Assembly: GCF_006345805.1 (NCBI RefSeq)
Contig: NC_043024.1
Span: 8,494,001 to 8,558,000 of the forward strand
Length of the DNA stretch: 64,000 nt
Source: Octopus sinensis
Taxonomy: Eukaryota
Reading direction: 5' to 3'
Numbering within the stretch: position 1 is the stretch's first letter; every line of letters begins with the position of its first letter. The notes under the pieces were generated by a model. The model did no database searches. It worked only from the letters and a program-made list of their open reading frames with translations, and was not told where the DNA came from. Positions 12,206 through 24,855 of the stretch are shown here, in pieces. Position numbers and translations under genes: made by a program.

Positions 12206-12256
12206 CTCCGCAACAGCCTATCCCAGGCTCTCCAGATTTTCATGCAATCAAGCAAG
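12206..12256 (+). CDS. PICALM: Probable 51-nt symmetric (phase 1-1) exon of PICALM/AP180: (x)PQQPIPGSPDFHAIKQ(G)
   Basis: Long polypyrimidine tract + TTCAG acceptor, AAG|GTAGGT donor, open frame. Its phase-1 end joins the 21064 exon to give ...KQ-G-YDMSTF. The peptide is not part of the ANTH core as I recall it. Confidence 0.6.
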
Positions 12257-12596
12257 GTAGGTGCTGCCGACATATTTGTTACTGTGATACACAATCCCTA
12301 TTGATCCTTTTTTTTCTTCTTTCTCTTTTACGATCCCTTTTGATTGAAAACCTACCCCACTTTTTTTTTTTCTCTCCCCAAAAAAGAAAAGCTCTACTTT
12401 GTAATCTGTCCCATCTGAGTGCAGCCCTGTGTCGCTAATAAAGAAACATATTTATTATCGGAGATGTACTTGCATAGCAAGTGATTTGATCTGAGATCGT
12501 GTGCTGAAACGAAAATAATTGCAGCGTGGAAGGTGTTTGTAAGCCATTTAAGAAACACACAAAAGCCGTTCGATTCACTTCAACATTTAAGTTTAA

Positions 12597-12647
12597 TTTG
12601 TCAAAATATTTTCGTTGCTTTGAGACCGCGACCTGTTCACTGACAAA
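12597..12647 (-). ncRNA. Minimal type-I hammerhead-like motif, G3-C8 core variant
   Basis: - strand: TTTGTCA GTGAACA G GTCGC ggtctcaaa GCAAC GAAA ATAT T T TGACAAA. Confidence 0.55.
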
Positions 12648-12666
12648 AATCCGTGCTGCCATTATT

Positions 12667-12717
12667 TTTGTCAGTGAATAGGTCGCGGTCTTAAAGCGAC
12701 GAAAATATTTTGACAAA
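12667..12717 (+). ncRNA. Minimal type-I hammerhead-like motif, G3 variant (GTGAATA)
   Basis: Stem I TTTGTCA(12667-73)/TGACAAA(12711-17); core GTGAATA 12674-80; stem II GTCGC/GCGAC; GAAA 12701-04; palindromic stem III AATATT. Confidence 0.55.
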
Positions 12718-15334
12718 TTAAACTTAAATGTTGAAGTGAATTGAGCGGCTTTTGTGTGTTTCGTAAATGGCTTACAAACACCTTCCATGCTGCAAATATC
12801 TATTATCGTTGTTGTTGTTAAGGCAGTGAGCTGACTGAATTATTAGCCCTCCAGGCAGAATGTTTAGTGGTATTTGGTCTGAGTTCCAATTCCACCGAGG
12901 TCAGCTTTACTTTTCATCCTTTTGGGGTCGATGAATTAAGCACCAGTTGAGTACTGGGGTTGATGTAATCAGCTTACTTCTTCCCCAAAATTGCTAGCCT
13001 TGTGCCAAAATTTGAAACCATTGTTATTAATATTGTTGTTAAAGCATTGAGCTTGCTGAATAAAAATGGACGAAATGCGACTTAGCATTTCATCCATCTT
13101 TTCAACATTGTGAGTTCATATTCCAGTGAGGTCAACTTTGCTGTTTGTTTTTTGGGGGGTGATGAAATAAGTACCAGTTGAGCACTGGGGGCAATGTATT
13201 TGACTTGCCTACTCCCTTAAAACAATCCTACTGCATGGCACCTTGGGCAAGTGTCTTCTACTATAGCCTCGGGCCGACCAAGTTAATGTGCAAGTGGCTG
13301 AGTACTCCACACACATGCATACTCTTAACATAGTTCTCTGGGAGTTTTAGTGTGATACAGAATGTGACAAAGACGACCCTTTGAAATACCGGTATGACTC
13401 ATTTTTATCAGCTAAGTGGACTGGAGCAATGTGAAATTACGTGGCTTACTTAAGGACACAGTGTGCTGCCAGCAATTGAACTCATGATCTCATGATTGCA
13501 AACTGAATAACCTAACCACTAAGCCATGGCCCCTTCACAGTGTAAGTGTAGGTATCTGTGTGTATAGATGTACACACACATACGCACAGCTGGTATAGTG
13601 AAGATGCATGGCTTAGTGGTTAAGTGCCTTGCAATCATAAGATTGTGTGTTTGTTTTCTGGGCCAACTGACACAGTGTGTCCTTGGGCCAGTTACTGTGT
13701 TTTTATTCTGCTCATTCTGAAAACAATGTTGGCATAGCTCCACTCTCTCCCTCTCTCAATAACCAATTTCAGTCAATCCATCTAACCCATGCCAGCATGG
13801 AAAAAAAAAACAAAAAAAAAGACAGATGCTATATGATGATGATGATGATGGTACTTGCTACTTGGTCTTGTATGTCTATGATAGCTATGCTCCATTTATG
13901 CTTGGCTGGTTTATCCACTAATGATTAAACACAGAGAGCTGCTTTAATCGCTAATCCTGTGGATTCTTTTGATACTAGAAAAGGATTAGTTAATAGAAGA
14001 TAAAGAAAAATAACATTTCTGGAATGTCTGAAGAAAAATACCATTCTCCATTTCATGAATTAATCTATATTTTTGCTCAAGAACAGGAAACTTTTACAAT
14101 CAATTTCCTTTTGAATAGAAACCAATAAATAAATACATAAAAAATACAAAAAAAAAACAAACTATATACTAATCATCCCAGAAAGAGAACCAGAGATAAA
14201 ATGGTAAGCAGCGTATTTTGGGGCGTGTTTTCTTCAAGAGTTAAGAAATGGCATAGTTATTTCACAATAATTAGTTGGAAGCTAAAATTGTCTGTTATTT
14301 ATATGGAGTTGTTGTTGTGGTAGTAGTTGTTGTTTGTTTGGTAGAATCTGATTTCAATAATGTTAGATTGTGTAGAAATCTAAGATTATAGATTATCCAT
14401 TCATAAACTATTATTTTTTATGTTTTTTTAATAGTCAAAAGTCTTGATTCACGGTTTGCAAAGACTTACTGCAGTATGATACAAGGATAAGAGTAACTGT
14501 ATTGATAATCTTTGGTTTGTAGTATTAATACACCACAGATGTGTCGTGTTAGAATGCTAACTATATATAGATATAAAAATGTATAAATTTTAAAATATAT
14601 TTTTCAAATCAAAATCGAAATCGATCAGCATCAATGGAAATTGTAGCTGTGATACTGTAAGAGAATCATCCGAACGTGGCTGTTGCCAGCGCTGCCCTGA
14701 CTGGCCTTCATGCCGGTGGCACGTAAAAAGCACCATCTGATTGTGGCCGTTGGCAGCCTCGTCTGGCCCCCGTGCTGGTGGCACGTAAAAAGCAGCATCC
14801 GATCGTGGCCATTTGCCAGCCTCGTCTGGCACCTGTGCCAGTGACCCGTAAAAAGCACCCACTACACTCATGGAGTTGTTGGCGTTAGGAAGGGCATGGA
14901 GTTGTTGGCGTTAGGAAGGGCATCCAGCTGTAGAAACACTTCTAGATCAGACTGGGCCTGGCGCAGCCTTCTGGCTTCCCAGACCCCCCAGTTGAACCGT
15001 CCAACCCATGCTAGCATGGAAAACGGACGTTAAACGATGATGATGATGAAAGCCAAAACAGTGCAAGTTATAAAAAATTAATAACACAAGTCGATAGTTA
15101 GTGCTATTACTTGGTATTTCAATATTTCGGGCTTACAAACCCTTCAAGAAATGTACAGAAAAAAAGGGTGTTGATATCTTCAGAGGGATTAATAAGGTTT
15201 TAGTAATCCAGGTGAAATACTTTGTCAATGAATTGATCAATTGATAAGATTGTATCATGAATCCACCCAAATGCATATCTAAAATAACTGTAAACCTTTA
15301 ATAGATAAATATATATAATTGACTATTATATATA

Positions 15335-15650
15335 TTCTGAAACCCCTTTCAGTCACGACACTGACCATGGGATTGCACCTAGAAAGTTACCCTCCCAGGC
15401 ACAAGTCCGGGCAAGGTGGTTTATGGAAGACCAGCAGTCGCCCATGCATACAGCCTCCTCTCTCCATGGGAAAGGCAAAGGGGCCGATACACCTTGGCAC
15501 CTGTGACGTCGCAGCTCATTTCTACAGCTGAGTGAACTGGAGCAACATGAAATAAAGTGTCTTGCTCAAGAACACAACACGCAGCCTGGTCCAGGATTCG
15601 AGCTCACAACCTCACGATTGTAAGCTCAACACTCTAACCACTGAGCCAAG
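15335..15650 (-). mobile_element. tRNA-derived SINE family G
   Basis: - strand head GGCTCAGTGGTTAGAGTG...CTCGAATCC followed by GTGTTCTTGAGCAAGACAC and CTCAGCTGTAGAAATGAG. Degraded copies at ~13420-13520, ~57190-57270 and ~58810-58930. Confidence 0.7.
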
Positions 15651-16079
15651 CACCTATATATATATATATATATATATATATCTTCAGCATAATACTTACT
15701 TTTCTATTCTTACATGGGTCAGTTTGAGGCAAAATTTCTGATTGGATACTCTTTCTGTTACCAACACTGAGCTGTTTCCAGGCAATATTACCCCATGACC
15801 AATAATAATAATAATTGTGGTTTCAAATTTTGGTTCATGGGCAGCAAATTCGGGGTATGCAGAAAGTCAATTGCACCGACCCTAGTACTCAACTGGTACT
15901 TATTTTATCGACTTGCAAAAGGGTTAAGCTGACATTTGAAATATATTAACAGGAAATTTTGATGGATGGTTTTAATTAAGATTCACTTTAACCCTTTAGT
16001 TGCCATATTTCTGTTGAAATACACTGCCATTGTTTGATTAATTTTGAAAATGAGGAATTTAGTGAAATAGTTGTCATTA

Positions 16080-16982
16080 TTAACCCTTTCGTTACCATAT
16101 CTATTTTGAGATGCTCTGTGTCTCTTTCAATTAATTTTAAATATAACAAAGAATTTAGTAAAATAACTTAGTTATCATTAAACTAGTGTTAGGAACATAA
16201 ATTGTTACTAAGGTTTGGTGGAAGATTTTAATGAAAAACTTATGAAAACAAGATATTTGTTCTCAGAGCCAGAGGTGGTTTCAGTTGGGTTGGTATCAAA
16301 AGGGTTAAATATAACAAAGAATTTAGTAAAATAACTTAGTTATCATTAAACTAGTGTTAGGAACATAAATTGTGACTAAGGTTTGGTGGAAGATTTTAAT
16401 TTGAAACTTATGAAAACAAGACATTTGTATTACAGAGCCAGAGCCGGTTTCTGCCGAGTTGGTATCAAAAGGGTTAACCATAACAAAGAATTTAGTAAAA
16501 TAACTTAGTTATCATTCAGCTAGTGTTAGGAATATAAATTGTGACTAAGGTTTGGTAGAAGATTTTAATTCAGAACTTATGAAAATAAGACATTTGTACT
16601 ACAGAGCCAGGGCCGGTTTCAGCCAGGTTGATAACGAAAGGGTTAAATATAACAAAGAATTTAGTAAAAATAATTTAGTTATCATTCAGCTTGTATTAGG
16701 AACATAAATTGTGACTAAAGTTTGGTGGAAGATTTTAATTTGAAACATGAAAACAAGACATTTGTAGTACAGAGCCAGAGACAGTTTCAGTCGGGTTGGT
16801 ATCAAAAGGGTTAAATATAACAAAGAATTTAGTAAAAATAATTTAGTTATCATTCAGCTAGTGTTAGGAACATAAATTGTGACTCAGGTTTGGTGGAAGA
16901 TTTTAATTTAGAAATTATGAAAACAAGACATTTGTACTACAGAGCCAGAGGTAGTTTCAGCCGGGTTGGTATCGAAAGGGTT
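16080..16982 (+). repeat. piggyBac-type MITE whose 3' ~168-bp segment is tandemly repeated 5 times
   Basis: TTAA|CCCTTTCGTTAC at 16080-16095. Units end in AAAGGG(TTAA) at ~16308, 16477, 16646, 16814 and 16980. Confidence 0.85.
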
Positions 16983-17579
16983 GTAAGTGATGTTTGGAAT
17001 ATAAATTAACCTGAAATTTAATGGATCACTTTGAACTAAGAAGTTTGTGTTGTTGAACCAGTAGAGTTGGGGGTCTCAGGGCAGGCTGGTATTGAAAGGT
17101 TTAAACAGCAACGGCATGAACCACAACAATAACAGTAGCAGTAGTATTACTCTCCACCAGGCTGTCTTATTGACCATCAGCTGACCACCATCTCTCAGTG
17201 GAGCAGAATCCAAGGTACTGCTGTGGCTGCTGGAAAAACCATCCACAATAAACTCTAATAATAGTGTAAGGTTTTATCTAAGCCACCACATCCAGCTGGC
17301 CAGCTGACTGGTGAACAGTGAAATGGGTGGCAGGCAAAGTAAAGAAAACTGAATTGTGTATGTGTGTGTCCGTGTGTCCGTAGGAAGAGCAGACTCTCCT
17401 ACAAGTCACCTTGAAGAACATTGTAGAAGGAAGGGAGTGGAAGTAGAAGTGAAGGTGGAGTGCTCACTCACCTTGGTGTGGACGAATGAATGAATGAATG
17501 AGTGAACTCTATAATTATATTGACTATATTGAGTGCTTGTATTCTCTTCCTTTCTTGATCCAGTCACCCCCACATGTGG

Positions 17580-17758
17580 CTGTGTATGTATGTATGTGTG
17601 TGTGTATGTATATATATATATATTGTTTGTCTGTCTTTTTCTCTCTGTATATTCATCATCATCATCATCATCGTTGTATGTATGTATATATATGTATATG
17701 TATGTATATATATATGGTATATGTATGTATTTATATGTATGTATATATATGGTAAATG

Positions 17759-17800
<42 letters not shown>

Positions 17801-17807
17801 TTGTCTG

Positions 17808-17877
<70 letters not shown>

Positions 17878-17985
17878 TTTCTGTGTATATGTATCTATAT
17901 GTGTGTTTGTGTGTGTGTATGTATGTGTGTGTATGTATGTGAATTAGTGTGCATTTAGATGTATGTATATATGCATGTGTGTATA
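17580..17985. repeat. Compound (TA)n/(TG)n/(CT)n/(CAT)n microsatellite
   Basis: Directly visible. Similar tracts at ~8140-8500, 21570-21670, 27870-28060 (TAG)n and 46100-46575. Confidence 0.9.
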
Positions 17986-20900
17986 GGCTGCCCAAAAGTA
18001 ATTGATAATATCCAACTACCTAGGTGACTTGATTAGCAGCAGCAGAAAGTGTTCAGAAAATAAAATAGCTATCCACACACACACATACACAATTATAGGC
18101 ACTGATGTAGCTGTGTGATAAAAAGTTTGTTTCCCAACCACATGGTTCTGGGTTCAGTCCCACTGCGTGGTACCTTGGGCAGGTGTCTTCCACTAGTAAC
18201 CTAAGCTGACCAAAGCCTTATGAGTGGATTTGGTGGGTAAAAACTGAGAGAACCTGTTGTGCATGTGTATCTGTGTTTGTGTTGGTTCGTTTACATCCCT
18301 ATAACTTAGTGGTTTAGCAAAAAAGGGACTGATTGAATAAATGCCAGACTTTGAAAAAAATTAAGTACTTGTGTCAGTTTTTTTACTAAAACCTTCAAGG
18401 CAATGCCCAGGAAGGCTGCCGTCCAATAACTGAAGCAAGTAACTGATCAAAGATATATTGCTGTTATTAATTGAGAGTATGGGACTTGATTGTCCCCTCC
18501 CAATCTCTCCTACTGATTGGCAAAACCTCTACAAATCTGCTAACTTGATGATATATAAGCATATACATATACATGTATACATACATGTGTGTGCATGTAC
18601 GTACACACACACACATGTTGAGCTAAGTAAAATCACGATCATTCACACACACAGGCATGTCCTTTACAGTCAGACCCCTATCTACACATCTTTGTCCTAC
18701 TGCTTAGCCAAATATCTCCTCTGGTGACCCCCATGGGTCCTGATGTCACATAAAAAAAAAAAAGAGGAAGCACCCGTGCTGGTGTTACTTAAAATGCACC
18801 CAGTACACTCTGTAAAGTAGTTGGTGCTAGGAAGGGCATCCAGCTGTAGAAACCTTGCCAAGACAGATGACTGGAACTTGGTGCAGCCCTTATGGTTTTC
18901 AGCTCCTGTGAAACTGTCCAAAATTATATATATATATATAGAGAGAGAGAGATAGATAGATAGATATATAGTAATGCCCTTAATATGTTTAAGGGGAATA
19001 ATTGATGGATTTTTCCCTTATGTGGTTTTTCACGCTAACTACTTAATAAATTCTTATAAAGATTTTATCCTATTTTTCAATTATATCTATCTATCTATCT
19101 ATCTATCTATATCTATATATATATGTATATAAGGTGGGCTGGCAGAATCGTTAGTATGCTGGGAGAAATGCTTAGTAACATTCGTCTGCTGCTATGTTCT
19201 GAGTTCAAATTCCACCGAGGTTGACTTTGCCTTTCATCCTTTATAAATTAAATACTAGTTGTGTACTGGGGTCAATGTCATTAACTTCCCACTGCAAATT
19301 CAGGCCTTGTGCCTATAGTAGATAAGATTAGTATATATATAGAGATCATCATCATCATCATCATTTAACGTCTGCTTTCCATGCTAGCATGGGTTGGATG
19401 ATTTGACTGAAGACTGGCGAATCAGATGGCTGCACCAGGCTCCATTCTTGATCTGGCAGTGTTTCTACAGCTGGATGCCCTTCCTGACACCAACCACTCC
19501 GAAAGTGTAGTGGATGCTTTTACGTGCCACCGGCATGAGGGCCAGTCAGGCGGTACTGGCAACGGGCATGAAAAAATCGTGTTTTTTTTTACCTGTCACC
19601 TGCATACCGGCACAAGTGCCAGTAAAGCGATGCTGGTAACAATCGCGCTTGAATGGTGCTTTTTATGTGCCACCGGCACGAACGCCAGTTAGCCGCCCTG
19701 GCAACAATCACGCTCGGATGGTGCTCTTAGTGCTCCACTAGCACGGATGTCAGTCATCGAATTTGATATATATATATATTATAATATATTCACACACACA
19801 TACATATATATATATTATAATCAATTGGATACACTTTGTTTTGTAAGATTATTATAATTCTGTTAGACTGTCACCAGTCTTTAGTAAAAGTGAAAGTAAC
19901 TGGAGCAGAGAGTGTATTATAGATATTATTATGAGATAGAGTTAACTCATGCAATTGTCTGAGATATTTGCAAATCTGTACAGAAACACACACATATGTA
20001 CAGGCTTCTGTGTATAAAAAGCACCATCCGTACGTGGCCATTGCCAGCCTCCCCTGGCACGTAAAAAGCACCATCCGTATGTGGCCGATGCCAACCTACC
20101 CTGGCACGTAAAAAGCACCATCCGTATGTGGCCGATGCCAGCCTACCCTGGCATGTAAAAAGCACCATCTGTACGTGGCCAATGCTAGCGCCGCCTGACT
20201 GGCTTCTGTGTCGATGGCACGTAAAAACCACCAACTGATCGTGGCCGTTGCCAGCCTACCCTAGCACCTGTGCTGGTGGGATGTAAAAAGCACCATCAGT
20301 ACGTGGCCGATACCAGCGCCACCTTGACTGGCTTCTGTGTCGGTGGCACGTAAAAACCACCAACCGATCTTGGCTGTTGCCAGCCTCCCCTGGCACCTGT
20401 GCCGGTGGCACGTAAAAAGCACCCACTACTCTCACGGAGTGGTTGGTGTTTGGAAGGGCATCCAGCTGTAGAAACCTTGAAGATTGCACTTGGAGTCTCA
20501 AGAACTAAACCAATTTTTAAAGACAAAATTATCAGTAACTTTGCATTTCACAGTAATATTATAAAAGCGAAAGCTTATGTATTTAAAAATGATCAGACTG
20601 GAGCCTGGTGCAGCCTCCTGGTTTTCCAGACCCCAGTTGAACCGTCCAACTCATGCTAGCATGGAAAGCGGACGTTAAATGATGATGATGATGATATATA
20701 TATAACTTGATACATACATACGTGCACATCTATCTACTCATATACACATTTTATTTATTTATTTTATTTTCTATTTTATCTAGTTTCAGCTCATGAGCTG
20801 TGGCCATGCTGGGGCACCGCCATACACACATTCATTATACACTTTCAGATTTCATGTATTATGCATTGAATGTTACATAGCATACTTTTACTAATCAGTT

Positions 20901-21063
20901 GTATTTTTTCTTTCAGAAATGTTAATCCAAAAAAGCATTGCTCTTCTATTGACGTAGCTGTATTTCTGTTGCTTTTGTGAGAAAACACGTAGAAACCGAA
21001 TATTATTATTATTATTATTATTATTATCACTGTTAACAAAGATTTATTTTATTTTATTTCCAG

Positions 21064-21166
21064 GCTATGACATGTCAACTTTCATTAGAAGATATGCCAA
21101 ATATTTGAACGAAAAAGCCATTTCTTACAGATTAATGGCATTCGACTTCTGTAAAATAAAGAGAGG
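21064..21166 (+). CDS. PICALM: PICALM/AP180 exon (103 nt, phase 1-2): (G)[33 protein letters not shown](G), ANTH domain
   Basis: CAG acceptor, GG|GTATGG donor. The peptide matches the hallmark [18 protein letters not shown] motif of CALM/AP180/Lap/UNC-11. Confidence 0.97.
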
Positions 21167-21568
21167 GTATGGAATATCTATATCTATCTATCTATATATA
21201 TATATATATATATATATTATTCTGTCTGTCAATTCATCCATCTATCTATGTGTTTGTCTGTCCATTTCTCCCTCTCTCTCTCTCTTTCTTCATAACTATA
21301 TGCATGTTATTCTGTGAGTAGAGCATATATGTAATAAATGCAGTGTTTTAGTATTGTTATTTATGTGTGTTAGTATAGTTGTTTTATCGATAATATGTGA
21401 ATGTAATGTATAATGCAGATATGTAATATGCGTAGTGCTTTTAACATATATATATATATATACACACATGCACAAAGAGTGAAGTTTATATATGTATATA
21501 AATATGTTTTACCAATGTGTACGTGCTATATACAATGCATATATGTGTAATATGCAAAGTGCTTTGAC

Positions 21569-21667
<99 letters not shown>

Positions 21668-21795
21668 ATATGTATCAAATGAAATAAATGAAAAACAGGA
21701 CACAAAGGATGTTGCGGTACATATGTTTCGAGCTTTATAGAACACCTTATTCTTGCATCAGTGCATAATGTATTCACCCTGAATTTATATATATG

Positions 21796-21836
<41 letters not shown>

Positions 21837-22418
21837 AAATATATGTATGTGAATATCTAATATATACGTATGTATATAAACTTCACCTTTCTCAGTGGTC
21901 TTCAGGGTCCATATGACACTTGGAGGTCTATATAAAATTGCATCATTAAAGTTTGAGCAATAGATTGGTTATGCATCTACAAGACACACTGTGCACTTCA
22001 TCCATGCAGGGCTTAGCAACTGTCTCCAGCGCCTCAACATGTCTAGCAGCATTAGTTCTAAGACCTGTAGAAAGATATGAAATGGCATGACATGACCTTC
22101 ATTATTTTCACTCCTACAACCATCGCAATTGCCAGAAACTTAGTGTGCATCACTCTGGGGGACATTAGAAGGATCTGTACTTAACCATCTGTCATTTCTC
22201 CAGTTAGACATCTTGTATTGGTTGAAAATTTTCTCATCAGAGAAGAACTAAAGTATACCATATTTATGAGGGGTTTTGACTTAAGGTAACCTTGGCATGA
22301 ATCAAAAAGTTTTCTGATGTCTTTGTGGCATCTTGGGCAAGTGTCTTCTGCTATAGCCCCGGGCCGACCAATGCCTTGTGAGTGGATTTGGTAGACAGAA
22401 ACTGAAAGAAGCCTATCG

Positions 22419-22468
<50 letters not shown>

Positions 22469-22996
22469 GTGGTGTGTATGTGTGTCTGTGTTTGTCTCCC
22501 TAGCATTGCTTGACAACCGATGCTGGTGTGTTTACGTCCCCGTCACTTAGCGGTTCAGCAAAGAGACCGATAGAATAAGTACTGGGCTTACAAAAGAATA
22601 AGTTCCAGGGTCGATTTGCTCGACTAAAGGCGGTGCTCCAGCATGGCCGCAGTCAAATGACTGAAACATGTAAAAGAGTAAAGAGAGAGTAGACATGAAT
22701 TGGCTACTCATTAGTTCATAAGATTTGAGTATCCTTATGTGCCGAGTACTTCTGGTTCGCTCCAGCACCTGAGCCTTTTTTGTGGTTGTCCTCAATGGTT
22801 TTCCAGGGTTACCACTGCTAATGTTTTGAACCTTTTGATTGAATTGGTTTCCTTATAGTGTCGGAACATTCAGAATGTAATTTTCCCCTCTGTGATTCAG
22901 TTGAAATGTTCTCATCAGAGGCTTCCAATACCATCCAAGCTTTGTGTACAAAAGATCTTGCAACATTTAGAAAATTGGTAATTTCTAAAAATACTG

Positions 22997-23249
22997 TGTT
23001 CTGTTAAGTTAGTAAACTTAATTTTTTGGCTCAAAAAGCAAAAAGCAAGGCCATGTAGGGGGACATGGAGTTATGTACAGGGAGGGTATTCATGCAAAGA
23101 GTTCAGGCCATTTCAAGTCTCTCTTGACCAGAAATGGACTGAACTCTTTGCATGAACACCCACCCTGTACATAACTCCATGTCCCCCTACATGGCCTTGC
23201 TTTTTGCTTTTTGAGCCAAAAAATTAACTTAACTAAACTTAACAGAACA
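22997..23249. repeat. 253-bp fold-back made of two head-to-head CR1-type LINE 3'UTR tails
   Basis: Arms 22997-23114 / 23131-23249. The arm sequence matches the 3'UTR following the CR1 ORF end at 56760-56860. Confidence 0.8.
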
Positions 23250-23851
23250 TATAGCCACAATCACTGCATGCCTTTTCATTTCTTGTGTTAGTGCTTTATC
23301 TGCCACAAAGAAGGGATCTGAAAGAAATAACAAAAAAACAACTTTTAATTGGTTTGAGGAGAGTAATATACTGAGAAATAAGTGTTCTTAAATGCTCCTT
23401 GCACCCTGTATATATAAATAAAAGGACTTGAAGGCCATGGTTGGAATGACCTAGAACTAAACAACAGCAACTGCCTTGAGCTTGTGGTAGCTCCCCGTTA
23501 CCTAGGTGACCTCGTTAGTGCTCAAATTAGTTTCTGTTACCTTGATGACCTAACTAGTGTTAGAAGTAGTTTCTGTTACCTAGGTGACTTAACTAGTTTT
23601 GTAGGTAGTTGTAGTGATTTTATAGCAATAAGCAGAAATGGTACAGACAGGTGTTTGGCTGGTGTAGGCATCAAAGGGCTTGTGTCTCCCATTTAAATTG
23701 TGGACCGCAAAGCAGGTGTGTCTAGGACAGCGGAGAGAAATGTTCTGCTGTGTGTGCAACATGAACTTGCACACCCACTGTTTAATATATAAATGTGTGT
23801 GCGTTTATGTATTTGTGTACGTGTATACATGTATATATAAATGTGTGTATG

Positions 23852-24237
23852 TATGGAGGCGCAATGGCCCAGTGGTTAGGGCAGTGGACTCGCGGTCATA
23901 GGATCACGGTTTTGATTCCCAGACCGGGTGCTGTGAGTGTTTATTGAGTGAAAACACCTAAAAGCTCCACGAGGCTCCGGCAGGGGATGGTGGTGATCCC
24001 TGCTGTACTCTTTCACCACAACTTTCTCTCTCTTACTTCCTGTTTCTGTTGTACCTGTATTTCAAGGGGCCGGCCTTGTCACTCTCTGTGTCACACTGAA
24101 TATCCTCGAGAACTACGTTAAAGGTGCACGTGTCTGTGGAGTGCTCAGCCACTTACACGTTAATTTCACGAGCAGGCTGTTCCGTTGATTCGGATCAACC
24201 GGAACCCTCATCGTCATAACCGACGGAGTGCTTCCAT
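23852..24237 (+). mobile_element. tRNA-derived SINE family D
   Basis: Head GGCGCAATGGCCCAGTGGTTAGGGCAGTGGACTCGCGG...GATTCCC; tail ...GACGGAGTGCTTCCA. Full - strand copy at 53338-53723; head fragments at 54180-54290 and 54420-54525. Confidence 0.85.
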
Positions 24238-24530
24238 AGTGTATGTATATGTGTGTGTATGTGTGTGTATACAGATTTTTTTTTTTCGTGGTTGGCTGAT
24301 CAAAGATAGAACAGACATGTAACTGTAAAATCAATGACTCTTTTCGTTTCCGCTCTTGTTATGCTTTGGTCATTGGACTGTGGCCGTACTGCACCAAACT
24401 TATGGGACATAAACACAGAGACGCCATTCTGTTTTATCTCCCCCCAACTGTTGTCGAACCCAAAGACGGACATGTACAAGTGTGTGCACACATGCATGCA
24501 TGTATAACATGTATTTGTATGTATGTATGT

Positions 24531-24650
24531 ATACATGGTCTGATCAATAAGTATCCGAAGTGTTGCCATAGTAATGATGCTAAGTCACGCAGAGTGAAAC
24601 CGGTTGGCACAGATTGACCTTAAATTCTGCTGTACTTGTTAATATCCCAT
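24531..24650 (+). mobile_element. mariner terminal fragment
   Basis: TACATGGTCTGATCAATAAGTATCCG...GTTGCCATAGTAA matches the TIR family at 46573-47327. Confidence 0.6.
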
Positions 24651-24815
24651 GACGGAGCTGACCAATGGCCAAAAGCGTTATCGCTGTGGTGATTTCTGTC
24701 ATAGTAGTTGTGGTAGGGTGGGCATGGATGGAAACACAGCTTGGTGTTTTGGAGATGTAGAAACTGTCATCATTCTAAAATTTGTTATATCTTTTCTCTT
24801 CTCTTCTTTTTACAG

Positions 24816-24855
24816 AAAAGATGACGGAACGTTAAGAACAATGAATGCAGAAAAG
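24816..24855 (+). CDS. PICALM: PICALM/AP180 exon (40 nt, phase 2-0): KDDGTLRTMNAEK
   Basis: TACAG acceptor after a pyrimidine tract, AAG|GTAAGA donor. In frame with both neighbours; matches the conserved DGxxRTMxxEK motif. Confidence 0.95.

Larger units (their letters stand above)
12438..12795. mobile_element. Putative Penelope-like element terminal repeat present as an inverted pair (arms 12519-12650 / 12664-12795)
   Basis: 132-bp inverted arms with a 13-nt spacer. Same family at 61080-61580. Each arm carries a hammerhead-like motif. No PLE ORF is visible, so the class is inferred. Confidence 0.6.

Noticed and set aside
23852-23925. tRNA gene calls for SINE heads (families A, B, D, G)
   Set aside because: A/B boxes are present, but the sequences continue into SINE bodies and no complete acceptor stem was evident; classed as SINEs. 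They were not matched to the named octopus families (OK/OR1/OR2) because that needs a database comparison.
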